This document shows positions 10,447-19,338 of a stretch of DNA of 64,000 bases, in pieces. Made by a program: the position numbers and the translations under genes. Below the pieces are notes generated by a model that did not search any database, was not told the origin of the DNA, and saw only the letters and a program-made list of their open reading frames with translations. The stretch spans positions 1 through 64,000 of the forward strand of contig JBDIWC010000015.1 of the NCBI GenBank assembly GCA_039794085.1. Direction: 5' to 3'. The DNA is from Gemmatimonadales bacterium (GTDB lineage Bacteria > Gemmatimonadota > Gemmatimonadetes > Gemmatimonadales > GWC2-71-9). Position 1 is the first letter of the stretch, and each line of letters begins with the position of its first letter.

Positions 10447-11793
10447 ATGTCCCCTCTGACCCGTGCCGCCGCATTTCGTCTTGCCTGGCCCATGATCTTC
10501 GCCAACGCCGCCATTCCCCTGGCCGGTGTGGTGGACACCGCCGTCATCGGTGCCGTGGGCGACAAGGCCGCCCTGGGGGGTGTGGCCCTGGGCGTGACCC
10601 TGTTCAACGTCTTCTACTGGAGCTTCTACTTTCTCCGGATGGGATCCACCGGCCTCGCGGCCCAGGCCTCCGGGGCGGGGAACCTTCCGGAATTGCAGAG
10701 AATCCTCCTGCGGGCCCTGGGGCTCGCGGGCCTGCTCGGTCTCGCGGTTCTTCTCCTGCGGACGCCGATCGGCACGGCGGGGTTTGCCCTTCTGCAGGGG
10801 GGACCCCTCGTGGAGTCCGCCGGACTCGAGTACTGGAGGGGACGGGCGTGGGGGGCACCGGCCGCGTATGCGGTCTTTGCCCTCACCGGATGGCTCATCG
10901 GGGTGGGATGCACCCGGGCCGTGCTCGTGGTGAATCTCGTCTTCAGCGTCACCAACATCGTGCTGGATCTGTGGTTCGTGCTGGGACTCGATCTCGGAGT
11001 GGCCGGGGTGGCATGGGCCACGGCGGCGGCGGACGTCGCCGCGGCCGGCGTGGGCCTCCTGTACTGCGCCCTCATCATCCGGGACGAGGGAGGACTCCAG
11101 CCGGACGCCCTCGCCTGGGCCCGGCTCACCGACCTGCCCGCCCTGCGCCGGCTCCTCGCGATCAACACCGATATGATGATCCGGAGCTGGGCTCTTCTGG
11201 TGGGGTTTTCCTGGTTCGCCAACACCGGGGCCCGACAGGGAGCGGCGGTTCTGGCCGGCAATCACGTGCTGTTGCAGGTCGTCACTCTCTGGGCCTTCGT
11301 GCTCGATGCCTTCGCCTTCACAGCCGAAACCGCGGTGGGCCGGGCGATCGGAGCGCGCTCCCTCCCCGCCTTGCGCCAAGCCATCCGCGTCACCAGCGAG
11401 ATGGCTCTCGGCGCCGGGGCCCTCTTCTTCGTCATCACCCTGGTGGCCGGCCCTACCGTTCTCGAGGCCGTGATCGCCGACCCCGAAGCCCGCGCCTCGG
11501 CCCTCCGATTCCTCCCCTATTGTGCGGTCATCCCCTTCATCGGCGCCGCCGCCTGGCAGCTCGACGGGATCTTCATCGGTGCCATGCGATCCCTGGCGAT
11601 GCGCAACGCCTCGATCGCCGCCACCGCCCTCTATATCGGGGGAGACCTTCTGCTCACCCCTCGCTGGGGAGCTCAGGGAATGTGGATCGCGTTCGTGTTC
11701 TTCTATGTGGCCCGGGCCGGGACGCTGGCCGTGGCCTATCGGGGGGTTGAGATGGAGGCGGGTCGGCGGTCGGCGGTGGGAGGTAGGCGGTAG
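10447..11793 (+). CDS. MATE family efflux transporter (DinF-like)
   Basis: LAWPMIFAN..PLAGVVDTAVIG, FLRMGSTGLAAQA, ~12 hydrophobic segments, LDGIFIG. Confidence 0.92.
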   Translation: MSPLTRAAAFRLAWPMIFANAAIPLAGVVDTAVIGAVGDKAALGGVALGVTLFNVFYWSFYFLRMGSTGLAAQASGAGNLPELQRILLRALGLAGLLGLAVLLLRTPIGTAGFALLQGGPLVESAGLEYWRGRAWGAPAAYAVFALTGWLIGVGCTRAVLVVNLVFSVTNIVLDLWFVLGLDLGVAGVAWATAAADVAAAGVGLLYCALIIRDEGGLQPDALAWARLTDLPALRRLLAINTDMMIRSWALLVGFSWFANTGARQGAAVLAGNHVLLQVVTLWAFVLDAFAFTAETAVGRAIGARSLPALRQAIRVTSEMALGAGALFFVITLVAGPTVLEAVIADPEARASALRFLPYCAVIPFIGAAAWQLDGIFIGAMRSLAMRNASIAATALYIGGDLLLTPRWGAQGMWIAFVFFYVARAGTLAVAYRGVEMEAGRRSAVGGRR

Positions 11794-11872
11794 GCTCCTC
11801 TGTCCTCTGTTCTACGTCCTCCGTCCTATGTTCTGGGTGGTGGGTGTTGGGTATTGGGTGTTGGGTATTGGG
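11762..11872. repeat. Degenerate heptamer arrays (GGCGGTV, GTYCTCY, GGGTRTT)
   Basis: ggtcggcggtcggcggtgggaggtaggcggtagg, ctctgtcctctgttctacgtcctccgtcct and gggtgttgggtattgggtgttgggtattggg are visible directly. Confidence 0.7.
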
Positions 11873-11975
11873 CGCTTCTCAGCCGGCTCGCCGCTGGCGG
11901 AAGGACTCGGCCCGGTCCCGGTTTCCGGTCCGCTCATCGTAGCGGATGACCGGTTCGAGCGCGGCGCGGGCCCGG

Positions 11976-12349
11976 TCCCTTACGGACAAAGTTGAACGCA
12001 AAACGGCAACAGAATTTTGGGCGACTCCCGCCCCCCCGTCGGCCGTGCGGGTCACCGCGTTTGTGACGGCTGGCCCTTGGGAGGCTCTTCACGGTGTCGG
12101 GTGGGTGAGAGACACGTCGATCGCATCGGCCGCGCCGTGCGAGGGGAATGGCCACAATACGCACAGAAGTCACAAGAGGCACACCCTCTGTGCGGAGAGG
12201 CCCTCCCTCGAACGCGAGACGCTTGTGCCTTTTGTGCTTCTTGCGGTGGGCTCTGGGGCTGTGGAGCGGTACTCGGGCAGGACCGGAACCCATGCCGAGG
12301 AAAACCCACGCACGACCCCGAGGCGCCTCTGTGGTTCCGGCTCCGCCGA
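11976..12349 (+). repeat. ~370 bp dispersed intergenic element, copy A
   Basis: Colinear with the reverse complement of 38761-39080 from TCCCTTACGGACAA to GAGGCGCCTCTGTGGTTCCGGCT. Copy A has a ~60 bp insertion. Confidence 0.9.
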
Positions 12350-12438
12350 CAGAGGGAGAGGGAGCTTTGTCAGGGTGACGGGCGGGTGGGGTGTCTCTCT
12401 GAGGACCGCGCATGGAGCGCGGCCATCCTGGAGGCAAC

Positions 12439-13641
12439 ATGACAACCCCCACCCACCGTCTCTCAGCAGCAGCCGGGTCTCTTCTGGCGATCCTGACCCT
12501 GGCGGCCGGATGCAGCACCCCCACGGAATCGCGCCCCCCGGCGCCGATGGACGGGGGGACCGGTGCACCAGTGCCGCCCCCACCGCCACCCTCCCCGAAT
12601 CAAGATCCCACCTATCGGTTCGGGGCCAAATTCGAGCCACCCGTCGGTCGGGTGGTCCATGGCGAAGGCCAATGGAAAGCGTACAATGACAAGTACGAGG
12701 CGCTTCTGCCCGCCGACCGCCAGCCGGCCGCCGAACTCCGGTTCGTGGATCTGGGCGACACCCCTCGGGGGTGGGAACCCGACAAGATCGCGGCATCCCT
12801 CGCCGCGATCGACGGGGCGGGGCGGATCCCGAGCATCGACATCTCCCTCCGTGGGCTGAAGCCCACTCCGGCCGAGCTGGCCACACTGCCCGACCCGCTC
12901 TTCGGGATCGACCATGACGTGGCCAACAGCACCACGTACGACGCTCGCATTCTGGATCTGATCCAGATGGCCAAGGCGTTCCGGAAACCGATCATGCTCC
13001 GGATTGGCGGTGAGTTCAATGGGTGGTGGAACGGGTACCATCCCTATGAGTATCCGAAGGCCTTCCGGAAGATCGTCTCGATGTTCCGGCAGGCCGGCGC
13101 CACCAACGTCGCATTCGTCTGGTGCTACGAGCCGGCCGCCCCGGATGATTTCGACGCGGTCAACGCCGCGGGCGAGCCGAAGTGGTATCCGGGAGCCGAT
13201 GTGGTGGACTGGTTCTCGATCGACCTCTTCGCCGCCCAGGACGTCGGCGGTCCGGTCGTGGGGCACAACGGGGCGGGAACGTCCCATGGTCGAACGCTCC
13301 GATTCCTCGACATGGCGGTGGCCCAGAACAAACCCGTGGTCATCGCCGAGAGTTCGCCGTCGCACTACAATCTCGGGAATCCCGCCTCCGCCGAGGCGGC
13401 CTGGGCCGAGTGGTTCACCCCCTACTGGGGCCTGATCGCATCCCGGCCCGAGATTCTCTGGTTTCATTACATCAACTACGACTGGACCCTGGCGAGCGAC
13501 TACCTCGCGAATGGGTGGCAGAACAACGACCTGGGGGCGAGCCCGTCGATCGCCTCACGGTACGTGGCGGAACTCGGTGCCCCGAAATACCTGCACGCCG
13601 GGGAACGGCATCTGCTGAAGGACTACCAGCTCTACCAGTGA
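12439..13641 (+). CDS. GH26-like glycoside hydrolase lipoprotein
   Basis: Lipobox LAAGC, Pro-rich linker, LRIGGEFNGWW (acid/base Glu), WYPGADVVDWFSIDLF, KPVVIAES (nucleophile). GGAGG RBS. Confidence 0.82.
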   Translation: MTTPTHRLSAAAGSLLAILTLAAGCSTPTESRPPAPMDGGTGAPVPPPPPPSPNQDPTYRFGAKFEPPVGRVVHGEGQWKAYNDKYEALLPADRQPAAELRFVDLGDTPRGWEPDKIAASLAAIDGAGRIPSIDISLRGLKPTPAELATLPDPLFGIDHDVANSTTYDARILDLIQMAKAFRKPIMLRIGGEFNGWWNGYHPYEYPKAFRKIVSMFRQAGATNVAFVWCYEPAAPDDFDAVNAAGEPKWYPGADVVDWFSIDLFAAQDVGGPVVGHNGAGTSHGRTLRFLDMAVAQNKPVVIAESSPSHYNLGNPASAEAAWAEWFTPYWGLIASRPEILWFHYINYDWTLASDYLANGWQNNDLGASPSIASRYVAELGAPKYLHAGERHLLKDYQLYQ

Positions 13642-13662
13642 CCCGCCCCGAGGTCGGGAGAC

Positions 13663-13699
13663 GGGAAAAGCCCGGGGTGCGGCCCCGGGCTTTTCCTGT
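13663..13699. terminator. Hairpin terminator between convergent genes (probably bidirectional)
   Basis: GGAAAAGCCCGGGG-tgcgg-CCCCGGGCTTTTCC, a perfect stem with A/T tracts. Confidence 0.8.
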
Positions 13700-13719
13700 T
13701 CGGGAGATTCGTCCGTGGC

Positions 13720-14022
13720 CTAGCGCTTCCTGGCCCGACTCTTCTTGACAGCCATTCCTGCCGCCACGGCGGCGCCCGCCACGGCCACCGCCGCGGCCGC
13801 AGCCCGGACCTTGGGGTTCTTGCTTGCCTTCTTGACGGCCGTGGCGGCCCGGCTCCCCGCCTTCTTCGCCGCCGTGGCGGCCCGGGAACTCGCCTTCTTC
13901 AGACCGCGCCCCGCCTTCGATGCGGCAGCCTTGACGCGTTCTCCTGCGGTGGCCGACTTTGTGGCCACGATCTTCTTGCCCTTCACCGAAGCCTTCTTGA
14001 CCTTCCGTCCGCTGAGTGCCAT
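13720..14022 (-). CDS. Small Lys/Ala-rich basic protein with C-terminal hydrophobic segment
   Basis: Repeated KKAxSRAATAA blocks, GC-type codon usage, GAGG RBS before ATG. Confidence 0.75.
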   Translation of the reverse strand: MALSGRKVKKASVKGKKIVATKSATAGERVKAAASKAGRGLKKASSRAATAAKKAGSRAATAVKKASKNPKVRAAAAAVAVAGAAVAAGMAVKKSRARKR

Positions 14023-14263
14023 TGATCCTCACAAGTGTGGGTGGTCCGATACTCGTTGAAGATAGCGAATCGTCCGTCCTGGAGCATTGGGAACACCCGC
14101 GGAAACACCCGGCCTCGGGAACGTCGGGGATGCGGCGAGCACGCGGGAGCTTCCGGGAAGGGCTCCCATTGCGAAACCGCTCGGGAACGGTACTATGGAG
14201 TGGGACCGCGCCATCGGAGAACTCCCCGGGGTCGGAGTCAAATTCTCGACCGAGGGTGCCACG

Positions 14264-14645
14264 GTGACGCTTCTGGCAGTTCTGGTGGCTGCGATGCCCC
14301 TCCTCCCCGTGGCGTCGCTGTCCGCGCCCGGACAACAGGAAACCGCCGTCTTTGCCGGGGGGTGCTTCTGGGGGGTCGAGGCGGTCTTTGAGCCCATCGT
14401 CTTTGTAGGGGAAAGTCCCCAGCGCCGGGAGGCGGAATCGTTCATCGCGGAGCTCACGGCGCGCCGGGTCTTTGCCCACCCTGTCGTGACCGAGGTCCGG
14501 GCGCTCCGCCCCTTTTACCTCGCCGAGCCGTATCACCAGGACTATGCCGCGCGCCACCCGGATGACCCCTACATCGTGATCAACGATATCCCGAAACTGA
14601 AGCGATTGCGGAGGCTCTTCCCGGGGTTGTACCGCGACGAGGCCA
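14264..14645 (+). pseudogene. msrA: Internally deleted peptide-methionine (S)-sulfoxide reductase
   Basis: ETAVFAGGCFWGVEAVFE joins almost directly to ..VVTEV..FYLAEPYHQDY..PYIVINDIPKL. The central GY.GG/TGHAE/HDPT/QYRS region is absent. The frame runs on to 14818, into the convergent gene. Confidence 0.8.
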
Positions 14646-14714
14646 GAAGTCGCCGGCGGCCCTCCCCGAGCCGCCTGGCGACCGCACGAAAGTGCGTGTT
14701 TTCGAGGCGGGCTC

Positions 14715-15680
14715 CTACTCTCCCACACCCGATTCCGGACCCACCGGCTGAACGCGGCGGCGGCGGGCAACCACCACGAACGCCACCACCAGGGGGCCGA
14801 GGAGCAAGGCAAAGGTAGACGGCTCGGGCACCGCCGACACGCTCCCCTCGCTGAATCCCAGGCTGCCGAAGTCGTCGCCGCCCTCGACCTTGGCACAGTC
14901 GTTCGCGATCACGTTGTTGTCCATCGTCACCGCTCCATTCAGGGCGATGGATCTCCCACAGAGAATTTTCGCGCTGGTGTTCAGTGTGACGCTCTGGTCC
15001 GCGAGGATGTTCCCGAGGAATGACGTGCTGGTCCCCAGGGTGGCAGAGCTCCCGATCTGCCAGAACACTCCACCCCCTGGCGCTCCGTTGCTCACCGCCA
15101 CGGACGATCCACTGGCGGTCGTGAGGGCGCTCTGAACCAGAAACACGAAGAGGGAGTTCGAGTTGCCCAGGAAGTCGAGGGTGAGGGCTCCCGTCAACTG
15201 CGCCGAGGAGTTGAAACTGTAGACGCCCGGCGTCAGGGTCCGGTTCCCCAGGTCCAGGCCGGACAGGTCCGTGGCGGTGGACCGCAATGCGGCAAGGAAA
15301 TTGAATGCCGTGAGGGCGCACACCTGGCCTTGTTGTGCGACGGCATCGGTCAGATGCTGGGCTCCGGTGAGGGTCAGGCCCCCGGTGTTCGTGAACGAGG
15401 TTCCCGGCGAGAGCCCCAAGTCTCCCGTGATGGTGGTCGGCCCGGTATTGGTGACCGTCGAGGCCCCCAGGACGGCGAATGGCTGAGCACAGCCGAGAAG
15501 CCCCCCCCCGGAGGGCGTCTGGGCCAGACTCAAGGACGGGCCCCCGACCAGCACCGCGAGCGCGCCCACGGCGGAAGCGCCAATGGAGCGAACGCTGCGA
15601 GCCCCCATCATCCGGCGGGGTCTCGACGGCCTTACCGCACTCCCCACGGGAGATCGTGCGTACATTGTGGACCTGGACAT
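14715..15680 (-). CDS. DUF3494 ice-binding-like beta-helix protein with PEP-CTERM sorting signal
   Basis: [73 protein letters not shown]-terminal [25 protein letters not shown]. AAGGAGG RBS. Confidence 0.9.
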   Translation of the reverse strand: MSRSTMYARSPVGSAVRPSRPRRMMGARSVRSIGASAVGALAVLVGGPSLSLAQTPSGGGLLGCAQPFAVLGASTVTNTGPTTITGDLGLSPGTSFTNTGGLTLTGAQHLTDAVAQQGQVCALTAFNFLAALRSTATDLSGLDLGNRTLTPGVYSFNSSAQLTGALTLDFLGNSNSLFVFLVQSALTTASGSSVAVSNGAPGGGVFWQIGSSATLGTSTSFLGNILADQSVTLNTSAKILCGRSIALNGAVTMDNNVIANDCAKVEGGDDFGSLGFSEGSVSAVPEPSTFALLLGPLVVAFVVVARRRRVQPVGPESGVGE

Positions 15681-16016
15681 CGGCCTGTCCTCCTTGAAGG
15701 TGAATGAAACGTTGTCCGCTTACCGCCTGTTCGCCCCAACCCGACATCGTCCACCCAGTTCTCGGATGGCCGGGAACCAGGTGCTGATCTCACACGCATG
15801 CGGCGACTCCCAGGCACTCGCCTTCGCCTCGACGGGGGAGTGCCCCCACGGGGAAAAATCTCGCGCGGTTCGTGGAACGGAGCCATCGATCAAACGGATG
15901 TGATGTGATGGAGGAATGGCCTCCACCGAAAGGATGAAGGGGACCAGCTCGCGGTCCAGGGCGCAGAGACGGTCCCGCGGGTGTTTTGGGGGGAAGGGTG
16001 GGGTGGCCTGACCGGG

Positions 16017-17459
16017 TCAGGCCATGAGGTAGTCGAGCACGTCCTTCGCCGTGTAGTGAGTACGACCCGCCAGGAACCCACTGATCGATTCCAGGTCGTC
16101 TCCGCTGGTGAGAATGGGTGGCTCCACCACACCGGGGCCCCGGATCTGACCGAGCCCGATGTTGGCGGTGAGGGCGTTGCAGATGCACTGCCGTCCCACC
16201 GTGTCCTCCTCCCTCCCCCCCTTCCGGACATAATCCTCCACCGGTTCCCCGGGGCAGCGATACGCAATCTTCCCCTCCGGGGTCCGGTAGGCCACACGGA
16301 GCGCGCCGAGGTCACACAACCGCTCCCGCATCATCTCCCCGTCCCCACCGATTCCGGGAGCTCCGGGCCACCTCACCACCTTGAAGGGATACCCGGTGGG
16401 AGAGGCCCGCGGATCAGTTCGCACCGTCACCTCACCCCGTAGCGCGTGCTCCAACACCGATCGTTTCAGCGCCTCGGCGAGCCCCGACTCGTCACAATAC
16501 GCAAAAAGGGTCCCCACCTGGATACCGGCCGCCCCGGCCGCCCGGGCCTTGGCCAGGCTCCCCGTCCGTCCCGTGCCGCCCGCCAGCCAGAACGGGAGGC
16601 CGAGCTCGGACATCTTGGTCAAATCCACCACATCCCGCTCTCCGTAGAGCGGTTCGCCCTGTTCATTGAACCGGGCCTCCCCTCGGGGCGGCGCGTTGTG
16701 GCCTCCGGCCGTGGGACCTTCGATGACAAATCCATCGATGCGGCCCGTCGCCTTGCGCGCCAGCATGGTGGCCAGCGAGTTGCTGGCGATGATGGCCAGG
16801 AAATGGGGACGAGACAGATCCGACGGGGTCCCGCCGGACCAGAGATCCCGTGGATCGAGAGTCAGGTGTTCGACCTGACCCTCGGGCAGGCCCTCCACAT
16901 CGAACCGGAGCGAAGCGGGCTCGTGACGCGCGAGGCGATCGAGGGCGGCCGGAATGTCCCGGGGGATGCCGGCCCCCATCAGCACAACATCGACACCCGC
17001 GAGCATCGCGCCGTAGAGGGCCTCCAGCGTGGAGATCTGAATCTTGGTGAGCAGGTTCATTCCCACCTGGCCCCCGTGGCCCTCCTTGGCCAGGTACACC
17101 TCCACAAATGTGGCCAGCACGCTCACCAACTGCCTGGATCTGCTCATCACCTGCTTGTACGCCGGGAGCATCTTGTAGGGCGTCCCGGGCCGCCGCCCTT
17201 CGGGATAGAAATAGCGCCGGAGAACATCAGCCGCCACGCCCGGGATCGGGAAGGCCACCATCGCTCGTCGCATGTGCCCGCCAGGATCACCATCCTGGAG
17301 CCGGCGCACCATCAGGAGGTCGAGGGCGGTGCCGGAGACAACGCCGAGATGCCCCTGCTCGGCCACGGCCCGGGCCAGGCGCCAATCGGAGATACCGAAT
17401 CCCATTCCTCCCTGGATGATCGGAGGAATAGAGGGACCATGCCGATGCGATCCTGTCAC
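16017..17459 (-). CDS. Nitronate monooxygenase family flavoprotein
   Basis: PIIQGGMG, MGAGIP, IEGPTAGGHNAPPRG, FWLAGG, AAGIQVGTLF. GTG start with AGGAG RBS. Confidence 0.85.
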   Translation of the reverse strand: MTGSHRHGPSIPPIIQGGMGFGISDWRLARAVAEQGHLGVVSGTALDLLMVRRLQDGDPGGHMRRAMVAFPIPGVAADVLRRYFYPEGRRPGTPYKMLPAYKQVMSRSRQLVSVLATFVEVYLAKEGHGGQVGMNLLTKIQISTLEALYGAMLAGVDVVLMGAGIPRDIPAALDRLARHEPASLRFDVEGLPEGQVEHLTLDPRDLWSGGTPSDLSRPHFLAIIASNSLATMLARKATGRIDGFVIEGPTAGGHNAPPRGEARFNEQGEPLYGERDVVDLTKMSELGLPFWLAGGTGRTGSLAKARAAGAAGIQVGTLFAYCDESGLAEALKRSVLEHALRGEVTVRTDPRASPTGYPFKVVRWPGAPGIGGDGEMMRERLCDLGALRVAYRTPEGKIAYRCPGEPVEDYVRKGGREEDTVGRQCICNALTANIGLGQIRGPGVVEPPILTSGDDLESISGFLAGRTHYTAKDVLDYLMA

Positions 17460-17764
17460 AAGAAACACTCCTGGGATGTCATCTCGGGTTTGCAGCCACC
17501 ATCCACCGTCCGACTCCAAGTTTATGAAGGAAGAGCCGGATTGCGATGAATCGAACCTGAAAGAAAACTCATGAAGGGGCCCGTCTCCCGGGAACTACCC
17601 TCCTGGCTCACCGCTGATGGGTCGTCGCATGAGGAAAAGAATGCGGCGTGACGTACCAGACCCCCGATGTGACCCGGGTCACCGTCCATCTGCGTCAGGT
17701 GTTCGAGATTGGATGGTCCTGTGAGCCCCCTCGGCCCAGCCGAAACGCCGGAGGTCCGTCAAGC

Positions 17765-18442
17765 ATGCCACTCCATCCAATGCCCGGCGCCTGGAGCATT
17801 GCCCGAACCACGTGGCTGGTCCTCGCCCTGTTCCCCGACGCGGCGCAGGCCCAGATGCTGGGCGCCCGAGCCGTGATCGCAGACATCAATCACTCGCGGA
17901 TCGGCGGCCTGTTTGGAGCCGCTCTCGCGGCGGAGATACCGCTCGGTGACAGTCGGATGGCCCTGACCTTCGGACTCGAGCGAACCGCCGATGGATCCGA
18001 TGGCGTCGGGATCGCGTGCGGCGGGTTCATCCTCCCGGGCACCTGTCCCTCGGAACCGGTGCGGAACCACGCCTCGGCCACCACCGGCTCGGTGGGCGTT
18101 GCCGGTATCGTCCTCGACCGGAGAACCTGGGCCGTCCGCCTGCTCCTGGACGCCGGGATCTCCCGGGTCACGACAGAAACCCGGGGTCGCACAACCGGCA
18201 ACACACTCCCTGCAGCCAAGACCATGTTCCGTGGCGGGGCTGGTGCCGAAACCTCCTGGCACCCGGGGCGCAGAACACCGGTGGCTCTCGACGCCGGAGT
18301 GAGCCTCGGATTCCAGACCCCGTTTGACAAGGAGATCCTGGTGGATGGGTTCACTCCCCTCAATCGCAGTTCGCGCGTACTCAGGGTGTGGCTTGGAGCA
18401 AGTTGGCGCCCTGGACCGCGCCACCCTCCATCCGGGGAGTGA
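17765..18442 (+). CDS. Hypothetical exported protein, probable outer-membrane beta-barrel
   Basis: Signal peptide ending AQAQ, alternating amphipathic strands, near-terminal VWLGASW. Confidence 0.55.
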   Translation: MPLHPMPGAWSIARTTWLVLALFPDAAQAQMLGARAVIADINHSRIGGLFGAALAAEIPLGDSRMALTFGLERTADGSDGVGIACGGFILPGTCPSEPVRNHASATTGSVGVAGIVLDRRTWAVRLLLDAGISRVTTETRGRTTGNTLPAAKTMFRGGAGAETSWHPGRRTPVALDAGVSLGFQTPFDKEILVDGFTPLNRSSRVLRVWLGASWRPGPRHPPSGE

Positions 18443-18464
18443 TCGTTCCCCACTCTCCACCGGG

Positions 18465-18878
18465 TCAGGGCAGGAGTACGAGACTCGGGACGTGCCGGGG
18501 ACGGATGACGGGGAAGTGCCGACGATCCGTGGTGAGGACTTGAGGTGCACCGAGCCGCTCAGCCATGGCCACCAGGGATGCGTCGACCATGCCTATCGGA
18601 GTGTCGAGGTAGGTCATCACGAGATCCGCGATGCGGGGGACGTCGTCCTCCTCCAGAGGCTCGATCAGAAATTCCCCGTCCGCCACCGCCCGCGCAAAAG
18701 CCGACTCCGCCCTGGGACCGATCCGGGTGGCCAGGAGCCAGGAGACCTCGGCCAGGATGGTGACCGGGAGCCGAATCGGCTCCCGGTTCCCTTCCCACCA
18801 CAACCGCACCCGGTCATGCCATACGTCATCGCGGTCGATCAGGGCGTAGACCGCCCCCGTGTCCGCAAGAATGGTCAC
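18465..18878 (-). CDS. vapC: PIN-domain toxin (VapC family)
   Basis: ILADTGAVYALIDRDDVWH, ILAEV, IGMVDASLVAMAERLG, LTTDRRHF. GTGA overlap with the antitoxin. Confidence 0.92.
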   Translation of the reverse strand: MTILADTGAVYALIDRDDVWHDRVRLWWEGNREPIRLPVTILAEVSWLLATRIGPRAESAFARAVADGEFLIEPLEEDDVPRIADLVMTYLDTPIGMVDASLVAMAERLGAPQVLTTDRRHFPVIRPRHVPSLVLLP

Positions 18879-19111
18879 TGGTGCGGATCGGTCCAGAGCA
18901 GAGAGTCGACCCGTTCCGACGTGTCGGAACAGCCGCTGGCAAACCGTCCGGAAATGCTGGGCACATGGTCAGCCATTGTTTCCTCCTCAGTGAGATACAT
19001 GGCCAATGCCTCCCGAACCACCCGGGCAAAGCTCTTGCCGTCCCGCCGGGCCTGTTGCTTGGCCCGGGCAAGGAGCTCCTGGTCGACAAAGATCGTGGTG
19101 CGCTCCATCAT
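18875..19111 (-). CDS. Ribbon-helix-helix (CopG-like) antitoxin
   Basis: MERTTIFVDQELLARAKQQARRDGKSFARVVREAL, located directly upstream of the PIN gene. Confidence 0.88.
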   Translation of the reverse strand: MMERTTIFVDQELLARAKQQARRDGKSFARVVREALAMYLTEEETMADHVPSISGRFASGCSDTSERVDSLLWTDPHQ

Positions 19112-19145
19112 GCATATATCATACGACATATATATTCCGTGTCAA
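19112..19145 (-). promoter_or_regulatory. Sigma70 promoter of the TA operon (probably leaderless) with CATATAT repeats as candidate operator
   Basis: Minus strand TTGACA-16 nt-TATGAT-6 nt-ATG. CATATAT occurs at 19113-19119 and 19127-19133. Confidence 0.8.
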
Positions 19146-19338
19146 GAGGGCCAGGCGGAAGTCACCGGACGACAGAACCAGAATAGCCGCGGGCCATACC
19201 TGCACTGGTACCGGAAACGCGCCTCCGGGGTTTCCAAAACGCGCGACTTCAGGTCCGCCCCGGGCTGCAAGGGATTCCCCGTCTCCCGGGTTGGGTGATC
19301 AGGGGGGGGGAATGAGGAACGTATCGGCGGGGCGCGGA

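Noticed and set aside
11934..12689. ORFs across the dispersed element (HKKHKRHK / LCLLCFL peptides, also near 5 kb, 36.3 kb and 38.9 kb)
   Set aside because: The recurring peptides are translations of the 9-nt-periodic arms. Frames are not preserved between copies, and there is no RBS or codon-bias support.
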